DNA of 64,000 bases from Rhodothermales bacterium. Its GTDB lineage: Bacteria; Bacteroidota; Rhodothermia; Rhodothermales; JABDKH01. The notes under the pieces are model-generated. The model worked only from the letters and a program-made list of their open reading frames with translations, searched no databases and had not been told where the DNA came from. The translations under genes were made by a program, and so were the position numbers. Below are positions 44,244-54,099 of this stretch, piece by piece (position 1 is the first letter of the stretch; each line of letters starts with the position of its first letter). Location: positions 30,059-94,058 of the forward strand of contig CAVYIO010000015.1 of the NCBI GenBank assembly GCA_963768565.1. Direction: 5' to 3'.

Positions 44244-45353
44244 ATGGACTCGATTACACAGATAGCGCTGGGCGCAGCCGTCGGTGAGGCTGCCCTCGGG
44301 AAAAAGGCTGGCAACAAAGCACCGATCTGGGGCGCTGTGCTGGGGACCATTCCCGACCTCGATGTGCTGGCGTACCCGTTTCTTTCCGAATCGGGGCAGT
44401 TGCTGTTTCATCGCGGCCCCACGCACGCCGTGATGTTTACCGTGGTCGTGGCTCCCATCGTGGGCTGGTTGCTGTCGCGGCTGCACAACCAGGACGGGGC
44501 AGGAGCCTGGCGCTGGACCGTGCTCGCCGGAGCGGCTTTTCTTACGCACGCACTGCTGGACTCCTTCACGGCCTACGGCACTCAACTGCTGTTTCCCTTT
44601 TCCAACACGCCCTTCGCCTTCAACACGATTTCCATCATTGATCCGTTGTACACCGTTCCGCTGCTGGTCGGAATCATTGGCGCCATGTTTCTCCGCCGCG
44701 ACCGTCAGGCACGCCGCGTCTTCAACTATTTCGGACTGGTATCGAGCACGCTGTATCTGGCACTTGCCACCGTCAACATGTTGCACGTTCGGGCGATCGC
44801 CAACGACAACCTCGCCAGGCAGGAGATTCCCTATGAGCATCTGGAGGTCATGCCGAGCCTGTTCAACAATATTCTCTGGACAATTCTGGCAGCCGATGCA
44901 GATACCGTCTGGGTCGGGCTGCATTCCATCCTCGACGACGATGATGTCATCTCCTTTCGTGCCATCCCGAAACAAGAAGAGCTGATGCCTGCGGACTCGA
45001 GAACCGGGGAGGCATCCGCGCTGTACTGGTTTTCTCGAGAGTTATTTACGATCAGTGAAGAGGACGGGGTTCTGTACTTCAACGATCTCCATGTGGGCCG
45101 AACGGACTTCTTTCTGACGGATAGCGGAGACTCTATCTTTCGCTATGAAATGCAGCGCGACGGGGCCGGCCGTATTGCGACGCTGAAATCGCATCGTCCC
45201 GGTTTTTCGAACCGGTCCGACGTTGTAGATGCGTTTGTCTGTCGCATCCTCGGAGAACCCATCGGCAATGGCTGGCGCGGTGAGTGGTTCGGATGCGACA
45301 CCGCGCCGGATGCCGTTGCGACCAATAGAAGCACAGCAGGAGTAGAGCCGTGA
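44244..45353 (+). CDS. YdjM-like membrane-bound metal-dependent hydrolase
   Basis: 'MDSITQIALG', 'PDLDV', 'HRGPTH', 'THALLDSFTAYGT', 'IIDPLYT'. Confidence 0.9.
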   Translation: MDSITQIALGAAVGEAALGKKAGNKAPIWGAVLGTIPDLDVLAYPFLSESGQLLFHRGPTHAVMFTVVVAPIVGWLLSRLHNQDGAGAWRWTVLAGAAFLTHALLDSFTAYGTQLLFPFSNTPFAFNTISIIDPLYTVPLLVGIIGAMFLRRDRQARRVFNYFGLVSSTLYLALATVNMLHVRAIANDNLARQEIPYEHLEVMPSLFNNILWTILAADADTVWVGLHSILDDDDVISFRAIPKQEELMPADSRTGEASALYWFSRELFTISEEDGVLYFNDLHVGRTDFFLTDSGDSIFRYEMQRDGAGRIATLKSHRPGFSNRSDVVDAFVCRILGEPIGNGWRGEWFGCDTAPDAVATNRSTAGVEP

Positions 45354-45613
45354 ACAGATTCGTGCGGGAGGCAACAGGGATCGCGATCGCGTTCGTGGTC
45401 GCCATCGTGCTCGTCCCACCGATCGTGGCCGCAGTCGCCTATCAGAGCGGCCAGGCAATGTTCTGGCCTGCACTGCAGTCTCTGTATACCTATTTCCTGC
45501 CATACACCATTGTTGCGGCCATCGGAGTAGCTGTGCTGTTCGAGATCACGCGTGCTGTGATTCGACATCTCCGGAGGAGCAGCGCCCCCGATACGCGAGA
45601 CAGCCCTACATGA
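45350..45613 (+). CDS. Small two-TM membrane protein, hypothetical
   Basis: Overlaps the upstream stop (GTGA); two hydrophobic segments. Confidence 0.55.
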   Translation: MNRFVREATGIAIAFVVAIVLVPPIVAAVAYQSGQAMFWPALQSLYTYFLPYTIVAAIGVAVLFEITRAVIRHLRRSSAPDTRDSPT

Positions 45614-45804
45614 CGTGCGGTCGGATGCCCCACAAGATCGAATACTCCCCGGCCTGACTGGTATGCGTTAGCCGGCTCGCGCTCAAAGACCCGCACTCCG
45701 AAACGCTGTATTATGCCACGGCAGTGTTGATTTGACGCAGCATCTTGATACATTGGGATCGCGATTGCAGCAGATCCTTCCAACCATTGCTCGACATTCC
45801 CGCC

Positions 45805-46239
45805 ATGGCTGAAACGAGACGCAAGTTCCTGAACGCCCTCATCGGTACCGGCCTCGTCGGATGGCTCGCGTCCGTCCTGTACCCCGTCTTCTCGTTTCTC
45901 AAGCCACCCGAGTTACCTGAGGCGACCGTGAGTTCGCTGAAATGGGGCGCTGCCGCGGACTTCCCATCGGGCACCAGCGAGATTATAAAGTTCGGCCGCT
46001 CGCCTGTCTTGCTCATTCGGCTCGATAGCGGCGAATTCAAGGCGTTCGAAGCGACGTGCACCCACCTGGATTGCACGGTCCAGTTCAGGTCCGAAAAGAA
46101 AGACATCTGGTGCGCCTGCCACAACGGAGTTTACGATCTGCGTGGACTGAACGTGTCGGGTCCGCCGCCAAGGCCGCTGAGCCAGTATGCGGTGAACATC
46201 GTGGACGGCGAAGTCTTTGTCGCGAAGGCGGAGGCGTGA
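45805..46239 (+). CDS. Rieske [2Fe-2S] subunit of a Rieske/cytochrome b complex
   Basis: Tat motif 'TRRKFL' plus TM; ligands 'CTHLDC' and 'CACHNGVY'; 'GPPPRPL'. Confidence 0.93.
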   Translation: MAETRRKFLNALIGTGLVGWLASVLYPVFSFLKPPELPEATVSSLKWGAAADFPSGTSEIIKFGRSPVLLIRLDSGEFKAFEATCTHLDCTVQFRSEKKDIWCACHNGVYDLRGLNVSGPPPRPLSQYAVNIVDGEVFVAKAEA

Positions 46240-46241
46240 TC

Positions 46242-47324
46242 ATGCCAACCAGAAAGGAGAGAATGTTTGAATGGCTCGATGATCGGTTCCAACTGAGTCC
46301 ACTCATCGAGTTCATGCGCCACAAGATGGTGCCAATTCATCGGCACACGATCTGGTACTACATGGGCGGAGTGTCGCTCTTCCTGTTTATCGTCCAGCTC
46401 TTCACGGGCATCCTCCTGTTGCTTTACTACCAGCCGGGCGAAGAGAGTGCATACGAGAGCATTCGCTTCATCATGAACAAGGTGCCATTTGGATGGCTGT
46501 TCAGATCGATCCACAGCTGGGGCGCCAACCTGTTCATCTTCTTCATCTTCGTCCACATGTTCAGCACCTTCTTCACGGCGCGCATATCGCAAGCCGAGGG
46601 AGCTCGACGTGGGTGACGGGATTCATACTGCTCGTTCTTGCGATGGGATTCGGATTCAGCGGGTACCTGCTTCCGTGGAACGAACTCGCATTCTTCGCGA
46701 CCAAGGTGGGTACGGATATCGCGGGCGTGGTGCCGCTCATCGGTGACGCGATCAAGATCGTCCTGCAGAGGCGGACCGGACGTGACCGGAGCGACGCTGA
46801 CCCGGTTCTACGCGTTTCACATCGCACTGATACCTGCCATCTTTACCATCTTCCTGGGCATACACCTGCTGTTCGTTCAGCGTCAGGGTATGCACGAGCC
46901 GGAGTCGGTTGCGAATATGCCCGCGGAGCGGAAGAAGATGATTCCCTTCTTTCCGAACTTCCTGCTGCGAGACGTATTCGCATGGCTGATTGTATTGAAT
47001 CTCGTGCTGTTCCTTTCCGTCTTCTTCCCGTGGGAGATTGGGATCAAGGCCGACCTGTTCGCACCGGCGCCGGTCGGCATCCGGCCTGAATGGTTCTTCA
47101 TGTTCATGTTCCAGACCCTCAAGTGGGTGCCGCCGCATATTCTCGGCATGGAAGGCGAGGTGCTGGGCGTGATGGCATTCGCCGTTGCAGCACTGGCATG
47201 GATGTTGGTGCCCTTCTGGGAGATAAGAAGCCGTTCGACCGGTAAACTGAAACCAATGATCCTAATCGGGTTATTTGCGCTGTTTTTCATCATTGTGATG
47301 ACCATTATTGGATACGCCGTGTAG
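46242..47324 (+). CDS. Cytochrome b of a Rieske/cyt b complex, unsplit (two frameshifts)
   Basis: 'QLFTGILL', '[11 protein letters not shown]', 'GFSGYLLPW', '[11 protein letters not shown]', Qo motif 'PEWF'. Confidence 0.92.
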
Positions 47325-47349
47325 CCCGAAAGAATCAGTGAAACCGACC

Positions 47350-48603
47350 ATGACATACCGAATCGGACTCTGGATGCTGGCCGCCTTCGTGCCGCTCGCC
47401 CTGGCGACGGCTCAGGAGGTCCCGGAAAATCTGGCGGAAGACCAGTGCGTCGTCTGCCACGTCGACGCTTGAGGCGCTGCCGGAAGGCTTTCTCATGGAC
47501 AACGTGCACATGAAGCGGGATCTATCCTGCGTCGGGTGCCACGGGGGAGATGCGACCTCCGATGACGAAGAGGTGGCCCACGCCGGAAATTTTGTGGGCA
47601 TCCCGGCCCCGAAGGACATCCCGGATTTCTGCGGAAAGTGTCACTCCGACCTGCGCATTATGCGCCGCTTCCAGCCGAGCGCATCAACCGACCAGGTCAG
47701 CCAGTACTACACCAGTGTGCATGGCGAGAAACTGCAGGGCGGTGACCTGATGGTTGCTCAGTGTGCAAGCTGCCACACGTCGCATGCCATCCTTCCTGCG
47801 TCGGACGGTCGATCATCTGTACACCCGCTCAACGTTCCCGAGCCATGTGCAACCAGTGCCATGGAGATGCGGACTACATGGCCGGGTACGGAATTCGCAC
47901 GAATCAGTATCGGGATTATGCGAAGAGCGTGCATGGTGTCGCGCTGCTGGAACGACAAGACACAGGGTCACCGGCGTGTAACGACTGCCACGGCAATCAC
48001 GGAGCGATGCCGCCCGGAATCGACGCGATCGAATACGTCTGCGGCATCTGCCACGTGAACAACGCGGAGTTCTTCCACGAAACGAATATGGCGCGGGCAT
48101 TCAACGAGGAAGAGCTTCACGGCTGCGAAGAGTGTCACGGCATACACGACGTTGCGAAAACGACACTGGAGATGGTGGGCGTCGGTGACGAGTCCGTGTG
48201 TATCGCCTGCCATGACGAGGGAGACGAAGGCTACAAGGTCGCCGAAGAAATGTATGGGCAACTCTCCGCACTTGTCAGCGCGCAGGACTCCGCGAGAGTA
48301 CTCGCAGAAGAGGTCCATCGCATCGGGATGGACGACCTGGACATTAGCTATCTGCAGCGGGAAGTAAACCAGAGTCTGATCACGGCTCGGACGCTGGTCC
48401 ACACATTTGACCCGTCAAAAACGGGCGAAGTAACTACCGCCGGGATCGAGACCGCCCGCAACGCCGTTGCACTGGCGCGTACTGAGCTCGAGCAGTTCAG
48501 TTTTCGCAGACTCGGGTTCGGCGTGGCAACGCTGTTTATTACCATCCTGACGGTAGCACTTTTCTTCAAAATTAGGGAAATTGAGTCCAGCAAGGACTCG
48601 TGA
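47350..48603 (+). CDS. Membrane-anchored multiheme cytochrome c, 9 CxxCH (frameshifted)
   Basis: Signal peptide 'MTYRIGLWMLAAFVPLALA'; CVVCH, CVGCH, CGKCH, CASCH, CNQCH, CNDCH, CGICH, CEECH, CIACH across three frames; C-terminal TM. Confidence 0.85.
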
Positions 48604-48651
48604 TCAATAGGAACCAGACTTCGAAAAACAACCATCGTGGTGAATACAAAA

Positions 48652-49281
48652 ATGAAACGACTTACAACCCTTGCTGCATCGAGCATTTCGGTGCTTGCTG
48701 TTGTCCTCCTGTTCGTGGCGATGCAGGTCGACCGACCCACGTCGCGTACGACGTCGGACGACGGTGCTTCGTCTGTTCTCGCGCTCGAGGATGCAGAGTT
48801 CATCGGCGCGGCCAAGTGCAAGACCTGTCACAAGAAAGCGGAGGCAGGTGAGCAGTACCCAAAGTGGGAAGCCAGTGCACATGCAGGTGCATACGCCACG
48901 CTGGCAACAGACAAGGCGAAGGAGATTGCGGCAGCGAAGGGCATTGAGAATCCGCAGACAGCCGATGAGTGCCTCGCGTGCCACGTCACTGCTCACGGAG
49001 TTGCAGCAGAACTTCTCGGGCCGAAGTACAGTGTCGAGGAAGGCGTGAGTTGCGAATCGTGCCACGGTGCCGGCGGCAACTACTACAAGAAGAAGACGAT
49101 GGCGTCGATAACCTCGGGTGAGATAGAAGGTGCGTCGGTTGGCCTCGTAGCTCCGACCGAAGAGACCTGTGTTGCGTGTCACAACGACAAGAGCCCGACC
49201 TTTAAAGGGTTCGACTTTGCGGAGTACTCCGAAAAGATCGCACACCCGATTCCGGACGCAAAGAAAGCGGAATACAAGTAA
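48652..49281 (+). CDS. Tetraheme cytochrome c554-like protein
   Basis: 'FIGAAKCKTCH..QYPKW..AHA', CLACH, 'EGVSCESCHGAG', CVACH. Confidence 0.88.
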   Translation: MKRLTTLAASSISVLAVVLLFVAMQVDRPTSRTTSDDGASSVLALEDAEFIGAAKCKTCHKKAEAGEQYPKWEASAHAGAYATLATDKAKEIAAAKGIENPQTADECLACHVTAHGVAAELLGPKYSVEEGVSCESCHGAGGNYYKKKTMASITSGEIEGASVGLVAPTEETCVACHNDKSPTFKGFDFAEYSEKIAHPIPDAKKAEYK

Positions 49282-49315
49282 GCTTCTACCCACTACAGGT
49301 TAAGGGGGCTGGCCT

Positions 49316-50503
49316 GTGCTGAAGCGTTTATTCGTATCGATCCTGTTCACCGGGGCCCTCGTGGCCCCGGCGTTCAGTCAGGTTGAGTTTTCAGGTACGA
49401 CGCAGTCTTACCTGTATTCGTATGAGACGGCCGACGGAGATCAGAGGGGCGACTTCTACCAGGGTCTTCGCTTTCGGGCATGGCTCCACGACGCTCCGCA
49501 GCTCCAGCTGCGATCCTACATGAGGGTGGCGCGACGTGGCGATCCCGGAGAATGGGAAGCGCGCTGGTACAACGGATCTCTTCGATGGAAACCGGATTCG
49601 CGCGTCGATCTTCGGCTTGGCCGGCAGTTCCTGTACGACGGTGTGATCAACGCATCGTCCGATGCCTTCTCGGTGGCAGCAACACCCACCAAAGACATCA
49701 GGGTCCGTCTCGTCGCGGGACTGGAAACACCCCGTGACCGCGCGTTTGAATTCCTCTCTCCGGACGACGGCTATGTGCTGGGCGGTTTCGCGTCGGGCCG
49801 TTTCGCCAGACAGGCGAAGCTGGACGTGAGCTACTTCCAGCGTAACCGGTCGGATAATCTCGTCTGGCAGGTAGCAGGTGCTTCCTTGACCGGCCAACTG
49901 GTTGACAGGCTGACGTACCTCGCTCAACTCGACTACAATTTGCAGGATGAAGATTTCCAGCGCATGCGGTATCGACTCTCGTATGCGACGGGCCCGTGGA
50001 CCGTTTCCGGTGAGTTTCAGAGTCAGAAACCCCAGGTGTTCGAGGATTCCTACTTCAACATCTTCAGCCTGAATGCCTATCGGCAGATACGCGGCGCCGT
50101 CTATCGTCAATTCGGACAGTACCAGGTAGGGATACAGAACTACTATACGTTGTACGACGAGAGCGAGACTGGTAACGAAATCATCGGAACCCTCTCCGCC
50201 AGGTGGGGCACCATCGGCGTCGTGTACCAGTCCGGGTTCGGGGGCGAACGGATCGGGCTGTATGGTGAGGCCCGCTATGCACTGACACCGAGATTTGAGG
50301 CAAGAGCCCAGAGCAGCTATTATAATTTCCAGCGATATACCGCCGATTTCGATGAGGACGCGACCTCCTTTTCGGCAGGACTACGGTACAATGCCGGTCG
50401 CGAGATCACCGTTGATGCAGAGCTGCAGGAAAGCCTGAACAGTCTGTACGACAACGATCTGCGACTCCTGTTCAGGGTTTCCTACCGACTGTCTACCATC
50501 TGA
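49316..50503 (+). CDS. Outer-membrane beta-barrel (putative porin of a porin-cytochrome conduit)
   Basis: Signal peptide, Cys-free, alternating aromatic strands, 'LRLGRQF', terminal strand 'LRLLFRVSYRL'; flanked by multiheme cytochromes. Confidence 0.75.
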   Translation: MLKRLFVSILFTGALVAPAFSQVEFSGTTQSYLYSYETADGDQRGDFYQGLRFRAWLHDAPQLQLRSYMRVARRGDPGEWEARWYNGSLRWKPDSRVDLRLGRQFLYDGVINASSDAFSVAATPTKDIRVRLVAGLETPRDRAFEFLSPDDGYVLGGFASGRFARQAKLDVSYFQRNRSDNLVWQVAGASLTGQLVDRLTYLAQLDYNLQDEDFQRMRYRLSYATGPWTVSGEFQSQKPQVFEDSYFNIFSLNAYRQIRGAVYRQFGQYQVGIQNYYTLYDESETGNEIIGTLSARWGTIGVVYQSGFGGERIGLYGEARYALTPRFEARAQSSYYNFQRYTADFDEDATSFSAGLRYNAGREITVDAELQESLNSLYDNDLRLLFRVSYRLSTI

Positions 50504-50522
50504 TCAAGAAGAGAACAACGCA

Positions 50523-51446
50523 TTGAAATCCGGACTCGTCATACTGATTTCGCCGCTCGTTCTGGCGTTTGTTTTTCAGTCGCGCATGCCTGACGTCGCG
50601 CGCCCCGCGTCATCTGACGAACTGATATTCAGCCACGTTCTTCATGTGGATGAGAACGAGATGGCGTGCGAGGACTGTCATGGCGGCGTCGAGAGCAGCG
50701 TAACCGGATTGGACAACCTTCTGCCAGACATGGATGTCTGTGCCGATTGTCATGACGTCGACGATGACGACGAGTGCGCGACATGCCACACGAATCCGGA
50801 CGATCCGGAGAGCTCGGACTACATCACGAAATACAGTCAGAAGTTCTCTCACGAGAAGCATCTCGTTGGTGGCTTTGAGTGTCAGGACTGCCACGCGGCT
50901 GTACTCGTCGAAACGCCGACCGAAGAGTCATCTCTGCCGACGATGCTCAACTGCCAGGATTGCCACGAAATGGAATCGGCTTCTCTCGAATGCGCAACGT
51001 GCCACATGCCGGACGACGTGCTGAAGCCCGCCAGTCATGTCGCTGGATTCCTGCATGCTCACTCGGACATGGCCCAGACCGATGCGCATGCAGACCTGAA
51101 CGGTTTGCAGTGCCAGTCGTGTCACGACGATGACTTCTGCCAGGATTGCCACGAGGGAGACAACGTCGACAGATTTACGCACCCGCTCAACTACGAGTTT
51201 ACGCATGCGCTGGACGCGAGGAGCCTGGAGAAAGCATGTATATCGTGCCACACCGATCAGACGTTCTGCGTGGACTGTCACAACGACAACCAGGTCCTGC
51301 CGTTGAACCACCGTCCTGGCTGGGTCAACCGGGTCGATGGCGGCTTGCACCGGTTCGAGGCCTCGAGTGACCTGAACAATTGTATTGCGTGCCATGAGGA
51401 TAACGCAGATCAGATCTGCCAACCCTGCCACGGATCGCCTAACTGA
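50523..51446 (+). CDS. Acidic dodecaheme cytochrome c (c3/c7-like repeats)
   Basis: 12 CxxCH in 307 aa; 'FSHxxH' c7-type motifs occur twice. Confidence 0.9.
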   Translation: MKSGLVILISPLVLAFVFQSRMPDVARPASSDELIFSHVLHVDENEMACEDCHGGVESSVTGLDNLLPDMDVCADCHDVDDDDECATCHTNPDDPESSDYITKYSQKFSHEKHLVGGFECQDCHAAVLVETPTEESSLPTMLNCQDCHEMESASLECATCHMPDDVLKPASHVAGFLHAHSDMAQTDAHADLNGLQCQSCHDDDFCQDCHEGDNVDRFTHPLNYEFTHALDARSLEKACISCHTDQTFCVDCHNDNQVLPLNHRPGWVNRVDGGLHRFEASSDLNNCIACHEDNADQICQPCHGSPN

Positions 51447-51447
51447 T

Positions 51448-52467
51448 ATGCTGAAGTTGCGCAGTATTCCCGTTGCTGTACTCGTTGTGTTCGCTGCATG
51501 GCTGCTGGCCTCTTGCGCGGACACGTCGGATTTCCTTGTCGAGAAAACGCATCCGGATGGCTGGAATAGTGCGTCGTCGGAGACGTTCCACGGGAAGTTC
51601 GTTCTGGAGAGTGCCAGCCCTTCGGAAAGCTGTCAGTCATGTCATGGGCAGGACTATGGTGGCGGTACCTCCGGTGTATCCTGCGCCACGTGCCACACGG
51701 CGTATCCTCATCCGGAAGGTTTTGCCGTGCCGTCGTCGATGGAGTTCCACGAGGCGGTATTTCAGGACATGGCGGACTGGGATATCACGAAGTGTCAGAC
51801 CTGTCATGGTGATGACTACGGCCGGGAGATTATATCCGTGCAGGTGGGCGAGACCATCAGCTGTTTGACGTGCCACGCGGGCGATGACGGACCTGAAGCG
51901 TGCTCCACTTGCCACGGTGGCGCACAGAATGACGCTCCGCCGCAGGATCTGATGGACAACACCGCGACCACCGCCTCCGGTGTCGGTGCTCATCAGCAAC
52001 ACCTCGCTGCACAGATCGCGGAAGGCGTCGAGTGTTCGGAGTGCCACGTCGAGCCCGACGATTTTGACGACCCCGGACATGTCCTTGGTGATTCGACGCC
52101 GGGTATGGCCGAAGTCGTGTTCGGCACACTTGCCACACACGACGGCGAGACAGATCCCGTCTACGATTTCGCGACGTCGACGTGCGGCAACAGCTACTGC
52201 CATGGAGGCTTTGCCTTTGCGAAGGCAGATGCCGGGTCCAATTCGTGGGGCTACGCGGAGGACTTCATCCGCGGCAACAACCCGAACGTGGTCTGGAGTG
52301 CAGTGGGCACTGGCGAGGCCGAGTGCGGCACGTGCCACAGTCTGCCACCAATCGGTCACATTCCGGGCGCGTCCACGTGCTCCAATTGCCACGTCGGTGT
52401 CACCGACGCACAGAACAACATCCTCGACCCCACGCTGCACATCAACGGCGAGAAAGACCTGTTCTAG
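51448..52467 (+). CDS. Lipoprotein multiheme cytochrome with Geobacter-type CxxxxCH/CxxCH domain, 9 heme motifs
   Basis: Lipobox 'LLASC'; 8 CxxCH plus 'CGNSYCH'; 'VGAHQQHL', 'HING'. Confidence 0.88.
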   Translation: MLKLRSIPVAVLVVFAAWLLASCADTSDFLVEKTHPDGWNSASSETFHGKFVLESASPSESCQSCHGQDYGGGTSGVSCATCHTAYPHPEGFAVPSSMEFHEAVFQDMADWDITKCQTCHGDDYGREIISVQVGETISCLTCHAGDDGPEACSTCHGGAQNDAPPQDLMDNTATTASGVGAHQQHLAAQIAEGVECSECHVEPDDFDDPGHVLGDSTPGMAEVVFGTLATHDGETDPVYDFATSTCGNSYCHGGFAFAKADAGSNSWGYAEDFIRGNNPNVVWSAVGTGEAECGTCHSLPPIGHIPGASTCSNCHVGVTDAQNNILDPTLHINGEKDLF

Positions 52468-52643
52468 CACCCTGTTGGCAGGTCATTTGAACAGGCTCGC
52501 GTGAAGGACGATAGCTTGTGTAGTTCGCGTCTACGCCACCCGTCCACCAGCGCGGCGCGACCTTCTCGGTTGAGCATACTCTTGACTCCCTGCGCGAGGG
52601 TCAGGACTCTGCTTGTACCACCAACTGGTCCCACGGATATCCC

Positions 52644-53730
52644 ATGAAGAACCTATTACAACATATCACCGGCGTCGGATTGGTCGTCGTAGCAGCGGGA
52701 AGCCTTCTGGGCTTTGCAATTCTCCGAGGCGGCGGCTCTCCCGGCGGCTACACGGGAGCCCCAATCGATGGGCAGACCTGCACGAATTGTCATAGTTCGG
52801 CACCTGGTTCAGGATCTCTTACGATTACGGCGCCCGCCAGCTACACCCCCGGCGCCCCTCTGGATATCACCGTGGAAATGGATGAACCGGGCGAAACCGA
52901 CCACGGTTTTGAGCTTGTTGTAGTCGATGCCACAACCGGCAGCAACGTCGTCGGGACGATTACACTTGATCAGACGCTCGACGCCACGAAGTTTTCCCTC
53001 TCGAACACGCACGTGACGCACGACAGCCAGGGAGGCGACCCTGGTCAGTGGAAAGTGACGTGGACTCCCGGAGTGAGTGAGACGCAGGCGGTGACCGTGT
53101 ATGTCGCGGGTGCCTCAAAGACCTCCAAGCCCGACCTACAACGAGACATGGACCATCTCGCCAACTCTCCCCGTCGAGCTGTCCTCATTCGACGTTCGCC
53201 TCGACGGGCCAAACGCGATTCTGGACTGGCGTACCGAGTCCGAGTCCAACAACATCGGCTTTGACATCCAGCACGCTGACGACAGCGGCAGCTTTGAGGC
53301 AGTTGCCTTCGTTCCCGGAGCCGGCACGACCTCCGAGGCCCGTGAATACAGCTACACCATCAGCGACCTGCTACCTGGAACACATCGCTTCCGATTGCGG
53401 CAGATCGATCTCGACGGCACCACAACGGTGTCCGAGCAGATCGATGTTGCAGTAGGTGTACCGAATCAGTTCTTCCTTTCTGAGGCGTACCCGAACCCGT
53501 TCAATCCCGCGACGACGTTCGAATTCGCTGTGAGGCAGGACCAGGAAGTTCGGGTTCGCGTCTTCGACGAAATGGGTCGCCAGGTCTCGGATCTGTTCAA
53601 TGGAACGATGAGTGCGAATGAAACGCTCCGCGTCACGTTCGACGCCGCCGGACTGGCCAGCGGTACGTACATCATCCAGATGCAGGGCGCGGACTTCTCC
53701 GAATCCCGACAGGTTGTGCTGCTGAAGTAG
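52644..53730 (+). CDS. T9SS cargo: CxxCH-bearing reeler-like (choice-of-anchor V-like) domain plus CTD (frameshift ~53120)
   Basis: 'GYTGAPIDGQTCTNCH..YTPG..GFEL..VTH..WKVTWTP'; 'LPVELSSF..WRTESESNNIGF'; 'AYPNPFNPAT..GLASGTY'. Confidence 0.82.
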
Positions 53731-53758
53731 CCACCGATTGACAGTCCTGTACCAGGCG

Positions 53759-53789
53759 GGGGCGATCCACATCGTGGGTCGCCCCTTTT
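53759..53789 (+). terminator. Rho-independent terminator
   Basis: GGGGCGATCCAC-atc-GTGGGTCGCCCC-TTTT, 29 bp after the stop at 53730. Confidence 0.8.
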
Positions 53790-54099
53790 CTGTTAGCGCA
53801 TCGTCTGCGCTCGCAAGCTCGCCCCACCGTCCGCGTCCCGACAAAGAGCGCTAACACGTAAGGTATTTCACTACAAATGGTGTACGGCAAAGACTATTTA
53901 GTTTCTCGTCACTCGTCGATTATAATTACGTGTAGTGAAATCGACTCGCCATTAAAGCGCTGCACACACTGATCCACCGACAATTTGCGGATTGGAGAAC
54001 CTCGGAAAGGACTCAAAACCCGATTACCACCGGCACTGCCCAAACTTGTCTGACGTTGCGCCAGACCCGGGTCGAGCGCCGGAACGGTGCCAGTCTGGA

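Noticed and set aside
45726-45760. FNR box upstream of the Rieske gene (TTGAT half-sites)
   Set aside because: Only half-sites are present, with no ATCAA partner at 4-bp spacing.
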